From IMG/VR virus record IMGVR_UViG_3300033405_000044, positions 1 to 38,330 of that record: a stretch of 38,330 nt of DNA; one strand, 5' to 3'. The first letter of the stretch is position 1; each line of letters opens with the position of its first letter. This DNA is from a virus. Taxonomy: Duplodnaviria; Caudoviricetes. The notes under the pieces were generated by a model. It was not told the origin of the DNA. It saw only the letters and a program-made list of their open reading frames with translations, and did not search any database. Shown one piece after another: positions 27,645 through 36,643 of this stretch. Both the position numbers and the translations under genes were made by a program.

Positions 27645-28603
27645 GGCGATGTCGCCTCCTGCTTTTGCTCGCTTCGTATCCTGGCCGCGATGTCGCTGAT
27701 CGGATCATCCTCCGGCGATGCCCGGGCCGACGATGGCATCGGGTCCAGCCACATTCGGCCCCGAATATATTTCGAGAGTTTGGGCACAAATCGATAGTTT
27801 TCTCTAGACCAATCAGGCGTTTGCGTTCGGACAAGGAGGTCGGCAAGGATAACGGAAAGCCCGGGCCAGTCCCCATCCGCAATGGATTTCCGGTGGGCGT
27901 GCATGGCCTCGGTCCGGTCTTGACGCGGTTCGGGATAGGCGTCGAAAATTTGTTGGAGCTCAAGCGGGAAATCTTCGGTGCACTGGATCGGGTGTGCCGG
28001 CCTCTTGGATTCTTTGGCCGGTTTTTGATCTTCTCCTTCACCCCCCCCCTCTTCCGGGGTCCTTCCTACATCCGCGCGCGCGGGGGTAAGAGAAGAGTGT
28101 GTGTGGGTGGATAGACTCTTCTCCTGTTCTTGTTCTTGATCCTGTTCCTGGTCCTGGTTAGGCATACCGTTCGGCAAACGGTTCGCTAAACCGTTTAGGA
28201 AACCGTTCGGTAAACGGTTTGTAAATTGGCTCAACATATTGATAAGTTTATCTAAATGAGTGAAGCAATCGGGAAGGCTGTCGAGGCATTTGGAGACGGC
28301 CACCCCACAGTTCGGGTTGGCGATGGGATTGTGTTTGAGGAACTTCGGGATGACCACCCAATCGGTCTTTGGACAACGGTATGCGAAACCGTTTCGAGAC
28401 AGTTCCTCGAACCGTTCGGCGACTTGCGCGATGGTCCAATTTCGATCCGCCGCGACGTAGGCGAGTGGAAGGCGGAAGCAACCCGCCGCCGTGGTATGCG
28501 GACCGGTTAGGATGTAGAGAAAAAGCATCTGCGCGCCTTCCGACATGGCCTGGACATCGGGCTCGGTCCAAAACTTCGTGAAAATCACGCCGTAATCGCG
28601 CAT
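27641..28603 (-). CDS. Replication initiator, lambda O analogue (320 aa)
   Basis: N-terminal winged helix (FWT..LFLYILTGPH...GCFRLP..Y..D); iteron-coded linker; QDQEQDQEQE; C-terminal FDAYP..RFVP..YI..W.D. Confidence 0.8.
   Translation of the reverse strand: MRDYGVIFTKFWTEPDVQAMSEGAQMLFLYILTGPHTTAAGCFRLPLAYVAADRNWTIAQVAERFEELSRNGFAYRCPKTDWVVIPKFLKHNPIANPNCGVAVSKCLDSLPDCFTHLDKLINMLSQFTNRLPNGFLNGLANRLPNGMPNQDQEQDQEQEQEKSLSTHTHSSLTPARADVGRTPEEGGGEGEDQKPAKESKRPAHPIQCTEDFPLELQQIFDAYPEPRQDRTEAMHAHRKSIADGDWPGLSVILADLLVRTQTPDWSRENYRFVPKLSKYIRGRMWLDPMPSSARASPEDDPISDIAARIRSEQKQEATSP
28166..28225. repeat. Five 12-bp iteron-like repeats, probable replication origin
   Basis: accgttcggcaa acggttcgctaa accgtttaggaa accgttcggtaa acggtttgtaaa, with an adjacent AT-rich tract at about 28220-28260. 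Confidence 0.75.
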
Positions 28604-31111
28604 TTACACGGCCTCCATCACTGGTTCAGCCTTGCAAAAATCCAAGAGGCTCGGCGCGGTGATCTTCTGTTCGGCGGCGCGCAGATATTTCACGCCGTCC
28701 AGGAAATACTCCGGGTTGAGTTCCACGCCCCGGCCGCGTCGACCGAGCAGGATGGCCCGGTAGGGCACCGTCATCAACCCGGAGAACGGGTCAAAAACGA
28801 GTTCCCCGTCGTTCGTGTAGCGGCGGATGATCCGGTCCACGATGTCGAATTGCAGGGGGCAGATGTGATTGTTCAGGCCGCGCACAGTCTGCTCGCCGTT
28901 GAGCGTCCGCATCCGGTTCACGTCATGCCAGACATCCGGATGATGACTGCCCGGCGCCAGCGACATGAACCTGGCTGGCAGTGCGCCGCGCAAGTCCAGT
29001 TCTTCACCGATGTGCACGTGCTCCTCATAATCGTACACGGCGGCGAGGCTTTGCTCGGTGAACACCCTGGCCATCACATCTGGGCCAAAGGCGTCCATTT
29101 CGTCGGCGGTCAAGAGGCGGTTCCCACTGGATCGCCAAAGAGCGTGCGCATCGGTCTGCCACCTGGCCCGGCTGTATTCGGCCTTGTCCTTGACCACCGG
29201 ATCGTCGGCGTAGCCCCGGGAGCGGTCCGACTGCGGCTTGCGCATGAGGATGATGTACTCGGGCGAGCCTACGCCCATCTTTGTGCCGTCCTTGCATTGC
29301 TCGGTCCAGCCCAGGCGGTAGGTTTGGTTGTTCTCGCGCACCACGTCGGTCACGACGGTGATCATGCCCAGGTAGTCGAAGCCGTGCTTGCGGCAATGGA
29401 AAATCGCCTCGGCGTGGAAGGGGGAGACAGTCGGGACGCCCTTGTTGGTCACGTTACCGAAAAGAATCCGGTCCTTGACGTGGCAGGCGTAAATCAGGCC
29501 GGGCTTGAGGATGCGGAGCAGCTCCGGCGTGAGGTAATCCATCTGGTCCCAGAAATGCTCGTTGCCGTCCGTGTGGCCAAAATCGTTGTAGCTCGGCGTG
29601 TACTCATAGTGGTTCGAGAACGGGATCGAGGTATGGATCAGATCGACCGAATTCTCGGCCATGGCCTGGCACTCTTCGACGCAATCGTTGTTCACGGCCG
29701 TGAAGAGTTCTCCGGCGACTTCGACGCGCGCCACGCCAATGGATCGCTTCAATTCCTCGGCCATACCATCGCGGGAAAGGCCGTATTTACGGATGATCTC
29801 GCTCATTTTCTCCACCATCTCCTCGTGTTGCGCCCATTTTCGCTTGAGCACTTCCAGAATGCGGGTTTCGGTGTCGGCGTAGATGATGTGAATGTCACAG
29901 GCCTCGGCCTGGAGATAGCGATGGATGCGCTTGATCGCCTGGAAGAAGTCGTTGAACTTGAAGCCGATGCCGAGAAAGATGGCCATGCTGCAATGGCGTT
30001 GAAAATTACACCCGGAGCCGGACAGGATAGTCTTGGTGGCCAGGTAGGCAAATTCGCCGTTTGAGAAGCCGATTATTCGGTCCTCGCGCGTGTCCAGGTC
30101 CTGGGAGCCGTAGACCTCAACCGCCTGCGGCAACGCTTTTTTGATCGCGTGGCGTTCGGCCTCCTGGTCGTGCCAAAGGATGCAGTGTCGTCCAGCCTCG
30201 GCCGAAATGATCTCGGTCGCTTTCTCGATCCGCGCCGGCAGGGTGGCCCGCTTTTCCAGGGAGGCATCGCGCAGCGAAACCGCGGCGTCGGACACCAGCT
30301 TGAGCTGGCCGTTCTTATCCGCCCCGGGCGTAGAGCCGGATTTGACCATGTGGTAGTGGACGTTGAGCTTGGGCAGGTCATAGCCCTCGTCCGAATAGCC
30401 CAGGTCCGAAGGCTTTTGCAGGAAGATGGCCCAAGAATTCACCCAAAGCCAGAACTCGCGCTCTTTGTGTGGGTACAGGGTCAGGTTGTTGGCCTTGGTC
30501 GAATCGCGCTGGAAAAACCGGGTCAGGGCCTGCCCAGTGTCCATGATGCCCAGGAAGCCGGCGTAGTGGATCAGCTCCTTGTACTGGTTCGGGCTCGGCA
30601 TGGCCGTGGCCACGAAGCGGTACTTGACCGAGGAGAACATGGTTAAAAACGTCTGGAAGGTGAGCGAGCCATAGGACCGAAGCACGGCGGCCTCGTCCAG
30701 GCTCACGGCGTTGAACTCGTTCACGTCCAGCCGGCCGTCGCGGACGGATTCGTAGTTGGTGATGTAGAGCCCTGGGCCCTCAAGTTCCTCGGTGCGCCGG
30801 ATAAAAGAAATCGGGATGGCCAGCTTGGCAGCGTCGAGCTTGAATTCCTGGCGGACCCCCAGGGGCGCGATGATGAGTTGCCGGTCACCTTCGCGGCCGC
30901 CGATAAGCCTTAGGGCCTCAAGCTGCATGAAGGATTTGCCCAGGCCAAAGGCCGCAAAAATCGCCCGCCGACCACCCCGGACCGCCCAGCGCACAATATC
31001 GCTCTGGTGCGGCTTGAGCATGGGGTTGACCGAGCCAGGTTCGAATCCCGAGAGAGGGGCCTTGACCATCTTGGCCATGAGGAAGTTGGCGTAGGGAGCC
31101 GTTGTGGGCAT
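28604..31111 (-). CDS. SNF2-like helicase fused to a beta-class N4/N6 DNA methyltransferase (about 835 aa)
   Basis: FGLGKS, LDEAA, TAMPSPN, QAIKRIHR; MTase motif IV TSIPF, HICPLQ, motif I FDPFSG. Confidence 0.88.
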   Translation of the reverse strand: MPTTAPYANFLMAKMVKAPLSGFEPGSVNPMLKPHQSDIVRWAVRGGRRAIFAAFGLGKSFMQLEALRLIGGREGDRQLIIAPLGVRQEFKLDAAKLAIPISFIRRTEELEGPGLYITNYESVRDGRLDVNEFNAVSLDEAAVLRSYGSLTFQTFLTMFSSVKYRFVATAMPSPNQYKELIHYAGFLGIMDTGQALTRFFQRDSTKANNLTLYPHKEREFWLWVNSWAIFLQKPSDLGYSDEGYDLPKLNVHYHMVKSGSTPGADKNGQLKLVSDAAVSLRDASLEKRATLPARIEKATEIISAEAGRHCILWHDQEAERHAIKKALPQAVEVYGSQDLDTREDRIIGFSNGEFAYLATKTILSGSGCNFQRHCSMAIFLGIGFKFNDFFQAIKRIHRYLQAEACDIHIIYADTETRILEVLKRKWAQHEEMVEKMSEIIRKYGLSRDGMAEELKRSIGVARVEVAGELFTAVNNDCVEECQAMAENSVDLIHTSIPFSNHYEYTPSYNDFGHTDGNEHFWDQMDYLTPELLRILKPGLIYACHVKDRILFGNVTNKGVPTVSPFHAEAIFHCRKHGFDYLGMITVVTDVVRENNQTYRLGWTEQCKDGTKMGVGSPEYIILMRKPQSDRSRGYADDPVVKDKAEYSRARWQTDAHALWRSSGNRLLTADEMDAFGPDVMARVFTEQSLAAVYDYEEHVHIGEELDLRGALPARFMSLAPGSHHPDVWHDVNRMRTLNGEQTVRGLNNHICPLQFDIVDRIIRRYTNDGELVFDPFSGLMTVPYRAILLGRRGRGVELNPEYFLDGVKYLRAAEQKITAPSLLDFCKAEPVMEAV

Positions 31112-31353
31112 CACCGGTGCTCCCCGGTAATCACCCCCAGGCTGAGCGCCAGATCGAAATCGTCCACGGCCTTTTTGAATTTGTCAGCCACGCGCCGGAA
31201 CTCCTCCCCGGCCTCGTGCACGTCCTGGGCGAGCCGGCGGAGGTAGCGCATGCCCTGGCGGATGTCGGCCTTGGTGTACCGCCGCTGGCGCGAGCCCGGG
31301 AGGGGCAGGGGAAGAACCACGGGGTCTTGGAGAAATGCGGTGCTTTTGGACAT
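31111..31353 (-). CDS. Hypothetical protein (80 aa)
   Basis: GAGGTG RBS; TGATG coupling to the next gene. Confidence 0.6.
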   Translation of the reverse strand: MSKSTAFLQDPVVLPLPLPGSRQRRYTKADIRQGMRYLRRLAQDVHEAGEEFRRVADKFKKAVDDFDLALSLGVITGEHR

Positions 31354-31356
31354 GAT

Positions 31357-32238
31357 TCACCTCTTGGCGTTGTCGAGCCTGACGATGAAAAAGCCGTCCA
31401 TTTCCGTGGCCTCGATCGCGAACCGCTTGCCTTTGATCTCGGGCAGCAGCGGCAAGATGGTCCGGTAGGTGCGCTTGAGGCGCTGGATTGATCCGCCGTC
31501 CGGCGTCAGCTTGGTCGACCCGGGCCATTGCTCGGTCAGGAATTTCAGGCCCAGGGCCCGACGGTGCGTGGAGGGGTACATGCGGATGTAGCTGAACCAC
31601 GTCAGATCGAAGTGGACTCCGGCGGCGCGGTTGAAGGAGATGTTCCCCGAGTTGTGAAAATGGACCATGACCTTCTCCGGGCTCGGAAGGCGGGGGGCAG
31701 GCGGCTCAAAAGTGAAGCCGGCCACGACGAAGGGCCTGTCGAAGGACTCGGCGGTCACCGGCGTCTGGGGCGGCGTCGCCGGCTGCACCTGGATCGCGGG
31801 CGACGGAAGAGCGGGGGCGTCGGGGGGAGGGATGACCGATTCCCCGCGCCGGAATTTGTTGTAGCAAGTGCCGCAACGGCCGCCCGAAATGATGGCCATG
31901 ACTCGCTTGCAGTCGATGCAGGCTGCACGTTTTCCCATGGAATTCCCCTCCGCTTGACGGACAACCGGCATCGGCGCACCGGCCGGTGTGTCGTTTTGGG
32001 TTGGTTTTTTGATCGCCAGCGGGATGGTGCAATCGTGGCAGAGGCTGAAAATGTTCCCGGCCGCGCGCGCTTCATCGCGACGCTGGATGCACAAGGAACT
32101 GTCCGTCATGCCCGCGATCTTGCCGCAGCGCCAGGATTTGCCCGTGCGCATGGCCTGGGCGACATTGGCCGTGTTGAGATTGCGCTGCGAAACGAGCGAC
32201 GCGCCCGAGAGGTCTATTTCGTCCAGGAAGGAGGTCAC
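31357..32238 (-). CDS. Cys-rich hypothetical protein (293 aa)
   Basis: C..C..CHDC and CIDC..CGTCY zinc-ribbon-like motifs; Pro linker; GTGA overlap. Confidence 0.65.
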   Translation of the reverse strand: MTSFLDEIDLSGASLVSQRNLNTANVAQAMRTGKSWRCGKIAGMTDSSLCIQRRDEARAAGNIFSLCHDCTIPLAIKKPTQNDTPAGAPMPVVRQAEGNSMGKRAACIDCKRVMAIISGGRCGTCYNKFRRGESVIPPPDAPALPSPAIQVQPATPPQTPVTAESFDRPFVVAGFTFEPPAPRLPSPEKVMVHFHNSGNISFNRAAGVHFDLTWFSYIRMYPSTHRRALGLKFLTEQWPGSTKLTPDGGSIQRLKRTYRTILPLLPEIKGKRFAIEATEMDGFFIVRLDNAKR

Positions 32239-32804
32239 GAAAGATCACCTTGGACGTCACCGGTCGGCGTTCCGGGGATGTTACCAGGGGGCGAGCATAA
32301 CGCCCGCCCGACGTCCAAGGCTGTGGCGCAATCCTCCGTAGTCCAACGGTTGTCCGCCAGGCCGCGCCTCCTCATCTCGGCGCAAACCGCCTCGTAGACC
32401 CCCATTTTGCCCAAGGCGTCACGAGTGCGTTCCCGGGCATCGTAATTGGCCTTGCGAATGGTGCCGGCGGAACGTGTCTCCTCCTGCTTTTGCCCAGGGA
32501 ACGAAATTGTTATGCGCGTGTTACTTATTTCGTTACGTAACGAGTGACCGCCAGAAGGGGGTAAACCGTCCTCCGAGATCAGCCTCTCTTCGGCCAGGAG
32601 CCGGATCAATTCCACGGCCTTCCCCTCAGAGACGCCGAGGATAATCGCCCACTGGGAGAGGCGCTTTGTCTCGGCCCCGGGCGTGTCGGAAAGCATTAAT
32701 TTTGCTTGGATTGTGGCGAATGCCCCCCGCACGTCCAGGGGGTATTCCATCAGCTTTGCAAGCCACCCAGCCGCGTCGAATTTTTGTGCCCGCAGATTAC
32801 TCAT
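32235..32804 (-). CDS. YdaU/DUF1376-like winged-helix protein (189 aa)
   Basis: KFDAAGWL....PLDVRGAF N-terminus; GGAG RBS. Confidence 0.5.
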   Translation of the reverse strand: MSNLRAQKFDAAGWLAKLMEYPLDVRGAFATIQAKLMLSDTPGAETKRLSQWAIILGVSEGKAVELIRLLAEERLISEDGLPPSGGHSLRNEISNTRITISFPGQKQEETRSAGTIRKANYDARERTRDALGKMGVYEAVCAEMRRRGLADNRWTTEDCATALDVGRALCSPPGNIPGTPTGDVQGDLS

Positions 32805-32824
32805 GTCTTCTCCGTTTATCGCTG

Positions 32825-33102
32825 GCGTTATTCCGTGCGTTACGTAATGCGTTACTTAAAAAATTATTGGCGATTAGTTGGGAGGTTCGCGATATCCTCC
32901 AATTCAACTCGCCGGACATAGGGAAGGCCATTGAGAAGCGGCGCGGCGAGAACGACGGACTTACGGAAGAGGTCCGACAGGGAGAGCCCAAGATGATTTG
33001 CAACCAGGCGGATGATTTCCCCTTCCCGGTCAGAGACTTCAAAATTCATTTTGGGCATGGCGTTACCTCGCTTGATTCAATAGGCGTTACCGGTGGCGTT
33101 AC
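32825..33102. repeat. GCGTTA(C) repeats at 12/24-bp spacing flanking a small DNA-binding gene
   Basis: Copies start at 32825, 32837, 32849 and at 33060, 33084, 33096. Confidence 0.65.
32864..33058 (-). CDS. Small ribbon-helix-helix-like DNA-binding protein (64 aa)
   Basis: KMNFEVS beta strand, helix, GLSLSDLFR; GAGG RBS. Confidence 0.6.
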   Translation of the reverse strand: MPKMNFEVSDREGEIIRLVANHLGLSLSDLFRKSVVLAAPLLNGLPYVRRVELEDIANLPTNRQ

Positions 33103-33180
33103 CCGGTACTTTATTTTCGCTCCCCCTCGCGGTATCGGAGAGGTGGGCCGACTCAACCTTCAACCGCGAGGAGAGGCGAA

Positions 33181-33366
33181 ATGTCATTCGATTCCGACAA
33201 ACTTGCAGCCGAAATCAAGGCGTCATCTGATCGAGTCGTGGCCTCAAACATCTTGCTGGCCATCGCTATCAAGCTCGGCGCGAATGCCTCAAAAAAGGAC
33301 ATCCGGGCACAGCTTGACGATTACAAGAACTGCTTCAATGATGCCCTGGAACTGGTCCGGCGATAG
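33181..33366 (+). CDS. Small counter-oriented hypothetical protein (61 aa)
   Basis: GAGGAGAGG RBS; abuts the convergent gene without overlap. Confidence 0.6.
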   Translation: MSFDSDKLAAEIKASSDRVVASNILLAIAIKLGANASKKDIRAQLDDYKNCFNDALELVRR

Positions 33367-33367
33367 C

Positions 33368-33724
33368 CTAGACCTCCGTCCAGCGCGTCTTGACCATCTC
33401 CTTGGCTTCCTCTTCGGTCTTCCCGAGGACGCCGAGGAGAATGAGCCGGTCGCGGATGCTGACAGCGGAACCGCCTTCCAAGTTGAGAGTTTGCAGTTTT
33501 TTGTACCAAGGCTCTTTGGCCTCGAAGGAAGGACATTCGTCGGGGTGAATGCCGCACTGGCAGGGGGTCTTCGTTCCGGAGGCATGATGGATGTCCCTGC
33601 AGACCGCGCAAATGAGCCCATCCTTCTCCTTGTGCGCGACCACTTTGACCGCCCCCAAAAGATCTTCCAATTGCTGGAGCATGGGCTTGAAATCGGCCTC
33701 AACACGAATGATGATCGTGGGCAT
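33368..33724 (-). CDS. Hypothetical protein with Cys cluster (118 aa)
   Basis: AAGGAG RBS; CAVC...CQC...C. Confidence 0.6.
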   Translation of the reverse strand: MPTIIIRVEADFKPMLQQLEDLLGAVKVVAHKEKDGLICAVCRDIHHASGTKTPCQCGIHPDECPSFEAKEPWYKKLQTLNLEGGSAVSIRDRLILLGVLGKTEEEAKEMVKTRWTEV

Positions 33725-33727
33725 GGT

Positions 33728-33898
33728 TCACTCCTTTTCGTATTGCCGGCGAACGCTCGGGTTGATGTAGATGTGAAGGGCCATTGCGGCATCGTCGAGC
33801 AAGTTGCCGATGAGGCCGAAAAGTGCGCCCAGGGCGGCGAAGGGAAGGGCCGCCACGGCGAAGATGAAAACAAGGGCGTAAACCACGACGGTTCTCAT
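33728..33898 (-). CDS. Small membrane protein (56 aa)
   Basis: Not in the track. GAGGTCGC-ATG; MRTVVVYALVFIFAVAALPFAALGALFGLIGNLLDDAAMALHIYINPSVRRQYEKE*. Confidence 0.55.
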   Translation of the reverse strand: MRTVVVYALVFIFAVAALPFAALGALFGLIGNLLDDAAMALHIYINPSVRRQYEKE

Positions 33899-33983
33899 GC
33901 GACCTCACAGTGCCTGGTTGATTCGCCCACGGCTCCTCGGGTACGGTCCGGAAGCTGCCAACCCCAAACCACCGGAGGAAGCC

Positions 33984-34184
33984 GTGGACGAAATGATCTT
34001 GGGTGTCTTGATTGCGCAGACACGATATTTGGCGCTCATTTCCAGTCAGCTCCAAGACAGAAAGCCTTTAACGCGCGAAGAAGTCGTCCAGGTCTACAAA
34101 GATTCCCAAAAAATGATCGAGGACGGGATGGAGTGTGCACGAATTTATTTGGGGAAATCACCCCCTCCCGACGCAAAGCCATAA
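33984..34184 (+). CDS. Small counter-oriented hypothetical protein (66 aa, GTG start)
   Basis: GGAGGA RBS; upstream TTGATT-18-TACGGT promoter candidate. Confidence 0.5.
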   Translation: MDEMILGVLIAQTRYLALISSQLQDRKPLTREEVVQVYKDSQKMIEDGMECARIYLGKSPPPDAKP

Positions 34185-34260
34185 TTGTCTCGCCGGGCAT
34201 CAGTCGTTTCACTTCCACGCTGGGGGCCTTCTGGCCCTCGGCGCTTTCATTCCTGTTCAT
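34036..34260 (-). CDS. Hypothetical protein (74 aa)
   Basis: AGGAGG RBS; overlaps the plus-strand ORF, so one of the two may be spurious. Confidence 0.35.
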   Translation of the reverse strand: MNRNESAEGQKAPSVEVKRLMPGETIMALRREGVISPNKFVHTPSRPRSFFGNLCRPGRLLRALKAFCLGADWK

Positions 34261-34337
34261 GCGACCTCCTGCGTTTGGGCGGCCTCGGCCCGGACCCCGG
34301 CGGGGAACGTCCGACCGCACTCATAAGGAAAATTGAA

Positions 34338-34820
34338 ATGGTAAACTTCAATATTGATGGAACGATTGCAGCTGTCGCGTCTACTGTGAGCGCAATCCTG
34401 GCCTTTGCAATTTGGAGACGTCAGGTAGATTCCGAGAGAGTCCATATTCTTTTTGATTCCTACGAAAGAAGAGATGAATTTCTCTTACTGCATATTACTT
34501 TGACGAATAATGAAAAAGTTCCAGTAAAAATAACATCTGGAAAAGTTGAAGGTGCAACCTTCGCAAAAGATGGTAATTTCGACCCTGCCATAGGGAAGAA
34601 ACGATATGTAGATTCATATAGTAATAAGGCTGCATTTCGCATATATCTCAAACCTTCCGAAGTACAAAATACATTTTTACTTTTGCATAGAGAATCTGAG
34701 CCCCGTAAAATTTCAATCAAGATGAAACGCAACAGTATGATTCATAAAGACCGTGGCTATAAATTCATCATCCGCATGAACAAAGATGAAAAAGCCCAGC
34801 GAGTTGGTGAATCAAAGTGA
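34338..34820 (+). CDS. AT-rich, N-terminally anchored membrane protein, moron-like (160 aa)
   Basis: TAAGGA RBS; start revised to MVNFNIDG; TM helix IAAVASTVSAILAFAIW. Confidence 0.7.
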   Translation: MVNFNIDGTIAAVASTVSAILAFAIWRRQVDSERVHILFDSYERRDEFLLLHITLTNNEKVPVKITSGKVEGATFAKDGNFDPAIGKKRYVDSYSNKAAFRIYLKPSEVQNTFLLLHRESEPRKISIKMKRNSMIHKDRGYKFIIRMNKDEKAQRVGESK

Positions 34821-34883
34821 AGACCGATGCCGCAAGCCACGCCAGAAGCCCAGTCCCAATGAGTAAATTTTTCCAGTCCATGA

Positions 34884-35108
34884 CTATGCCGCCTTGGTTG
34901 GGTCGGATTTGGGCGGCCGCCCGCGCTCGGTGGACACGGGCCGCCCGCGCTCGTCGTACTGGCCAGGGTACATCCAGAAGAGACGGTGCTTGCCGGTTTT
35001 TACCTCAAGACGCTCCGCGCGGGATTTGGAGAAGCCATGACCAGCGAGGAAATAGTAGGCATGTCGCACGGTGCACTTAGCCGCCAAGGCGATTTCTTGG
35101 GCGTTCAT
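34884..35108 (-). CDS. cro: Cro-like HTH protein (74 aa)
   Basis: Divergent from cI; QEIALAAKCTVRHAYYFLAG HTH. Confidence 0.7.
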   Translation of the reverse strand: MNAQEIALAAKCTVRHAYYFLAGHGFSKSRAERLEVKTGKHRLFWMYPGQYDERGRPVSTERGRPPKSDPTKAA

Positions 35109-35109
35109 A

Positions 35110-35172
35110 TGAAAGAGTTTTTCAGAAAAAAATGAAAAAGTCAAGGCGGCATGAAAAAGTGATTCGTTGACA
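35110..35172. promoter_or_regulatory. OR-like switch: operators and divergent promoters
   Basis: TGAAAGAGTTTTTCA (35110-35124) and TGAAAAAGTGATTCG (35152-35166); minus-strand TTGACT (35139-35144) with 17-bp spacer to AAAACT; plus-strand TTGACA at 35167. Confidence 0.65.
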
Positions 35173-35195
35173 AAAAAATTAAAGGGACGGAAAAA

Positions 35196-35843
35196 ATGTT
35201 AATGGAAACCTATCTCCTTCAAAATAAAGAGGATATTACAAGGGCAGCCGAAAAAGCCATCGATTTGGCAGGAGGAATAGACGCGCTTGCTGAAAAAATG
35301 GGGGTAAATTCGAGAACGATATTTAACTGGAAAAATGGTTCCATCCGAAAATCGACATTTAGTCTATTAGTAGATTTTATACAAAAAAATGAAATCGAAG
35401 GTGTAAAAGAAGAGCCGGCAATATATGGCGCGACAAAACCTATCTGGATTCCATATTTCAAGAAAGAACCACTATCTATGGGGGGAGGAACTCCAGAAGT
35501 AGCAAAAACAACAGATTCATATTTAGCATTTAGAAAAGAATGGCTGGAGAACAAGGGGCTTGATCCTCATAATTTGGGTGTATTTAGAGCCTCCGGTGAT
35601 TCAATGTTGCCTACAATTCCAGATCCATCAGCAGTTTTAATTGACATGTCGCAAAATATTCCCGTAGATAATAAAATTTATATGATTATATATGATGGTG
35701 AAGTATTATTAAAAAGGTTGTCAGCAAAAAAAGGGGTTGCGACACATATTGTAAGTGATGGATATGAGAAGTCGGAAGATATTTTGCCTGGGATATTTTT
35801 CAAAGTAATAGGACGTGCCGTTTGGTATGGAACTGAATTGTAA
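35196..35843 (+). CDS. cI: CI-like repressor, HTH plus S24 peptidase (215 aa)
   Basis: LAEKMGVNSRTIFNWKNG HTH; SGDSMLPTI catalytic Ser; LLKRL catalytic Lys; VIGRAVW. Confidence 0.93.
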   Translation: MLMETYLLQNKEDITRAAEKAIDLAGGIDALAEKMGVNSRTIFNWKNGSIRKSTFSLLVDFIQKNEIEGVKEEPAIYGATKPIWIPYFKKEPLSMGGGTPEVAKTTDSYLAFRKEWLENKGLDPHNLGVFRASGDSMLPTIPDPSAVLIDMSQNIPVDNKIYMIIYDGEVLLKRLSAKKGVATHIVSDGYEKSEDILPGIFFKVIGRAVWYGTEL

Positions 35844-35870
35844 AGAATATGGTGGGGAGAAGAGTAAATT

Positions 35871-36548
35871 ATGAAGAAAATTATTTTTTTATTTTCCCAC
35901 GTGATATTATTATTTTTCTCTAGTGAATTATATGCTGTGAATGCAGAAGCATGGGAGAAGATTTTCTCTCTTGAGGTTGATTGCATTTGGGAAGGAAATC
36001 TGAATAATTATCAAGATAATGATAAAATTTTTATAGAAAAAGCAAAGCGTCAGTTCAAGGATGAGCAGGAATCGTTTACGTCGAAATGCATTAAGGGAGA
36101 AAAAATAAAAGAGTATTTTGACTGTATAAACTATCAGAAATTGGCTTGGGCCAAGTCACATATTATACACAATGATGTTATTGATGCAGATATTTTTTAC
36201 ATTGAAACAAAAAATTTAGAATATGGAATAGATAAAATTAAATTAATAAAAAGGGTTTTCAGCGATGGATCGTCAGTTTCTGCCACAGTTTTTTATCCAG
36301 AAAACAACAAGATAGGTTTCTATGATATTATAAATAGATATGGAGTTGAGTGTTCTAAGATAGTATCAGACCAAGACTTTAGCAAGCACATAGAATATGA
36401 CATAAAAGGATGTAAAAAATATATTTCCCATCTTCCTCATTATAACTTTACAAAAGCTTTGTTTTATTTCGAAAATGGATCGCTAGACACAGTTCACATT
36501 GTGAATGTTGTTGATGCATCCAAAAATAAATCTAAAAAGAATAAATGA
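35871..36548 (+). CDS. AT-rich exported protein downstream of cI (225 aa)
   Basis: Signal-peptide-like MKKIIFLFSHVILLFF..VNA; likely co-transcribed with cI. Confidence 0.7.
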   Translation: MKKIIFLFSHVILLFFSSELYAVNAEAWEKIFSLEVDCIWEGNLNNYQDNDKIFIEKAKRQFKDEQESFTSKCIKGEKIKEYFDCINYQKLAWAKSHIIHNDVIDADIFYIETKNLEYGIDKIKLIKRVFSDGSSVSATVFYPENNKIGFYDIINRYGVECSKIVSDQDFSKHIEYDIKGCKKYISHLPHYNFTKALFYFENGSLDTVHIVNVVDASKNKSKKNK

Positions 36549-36643
36549 AAATCTACCTCACCAGCCCCCTCTTCTCCGAAGCCAAGCGGGCCACGTATCG
36601 CTCGACCAAGGCCAGGATCGAGGCCGAGATGGGAGGTGTCTGA
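36545..36643 (+). pseudogene. Possible 5' remnant of a nucleoside 2-deoxyribosyltransferase-like gene (32 codons)
   Basis: MKIYLTSPLFSEAKR resembles the NDT N-terminal K-I-Y-L-A-(S/G)-P-(L/F)-F motif; GC-rich patch inside an AT-rich block. Confidence 0.5.

Noticed and set aside
21361-28049. G9 (21361-21369) and C9 (28041-28049) homopolymers as phase-variation switches
   Set aside because: Both are in frame, encoding PPP and GGG linkers; no sign of variation from a single sequence
478-32397. Many long plus-strand ORFs (e.g. 3752-5632, 7655-9244, 11981-13462, 23404-24663, 28850-30064)
   Set aside because: Antisense shadows of well-supported GC-rich minus-strand genes; no recognisable motifs
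32666-34336. 556-aa plus-strand ORF
   Set aside because: Spans several small genes with their own RBSs on both strands; no coherent domain
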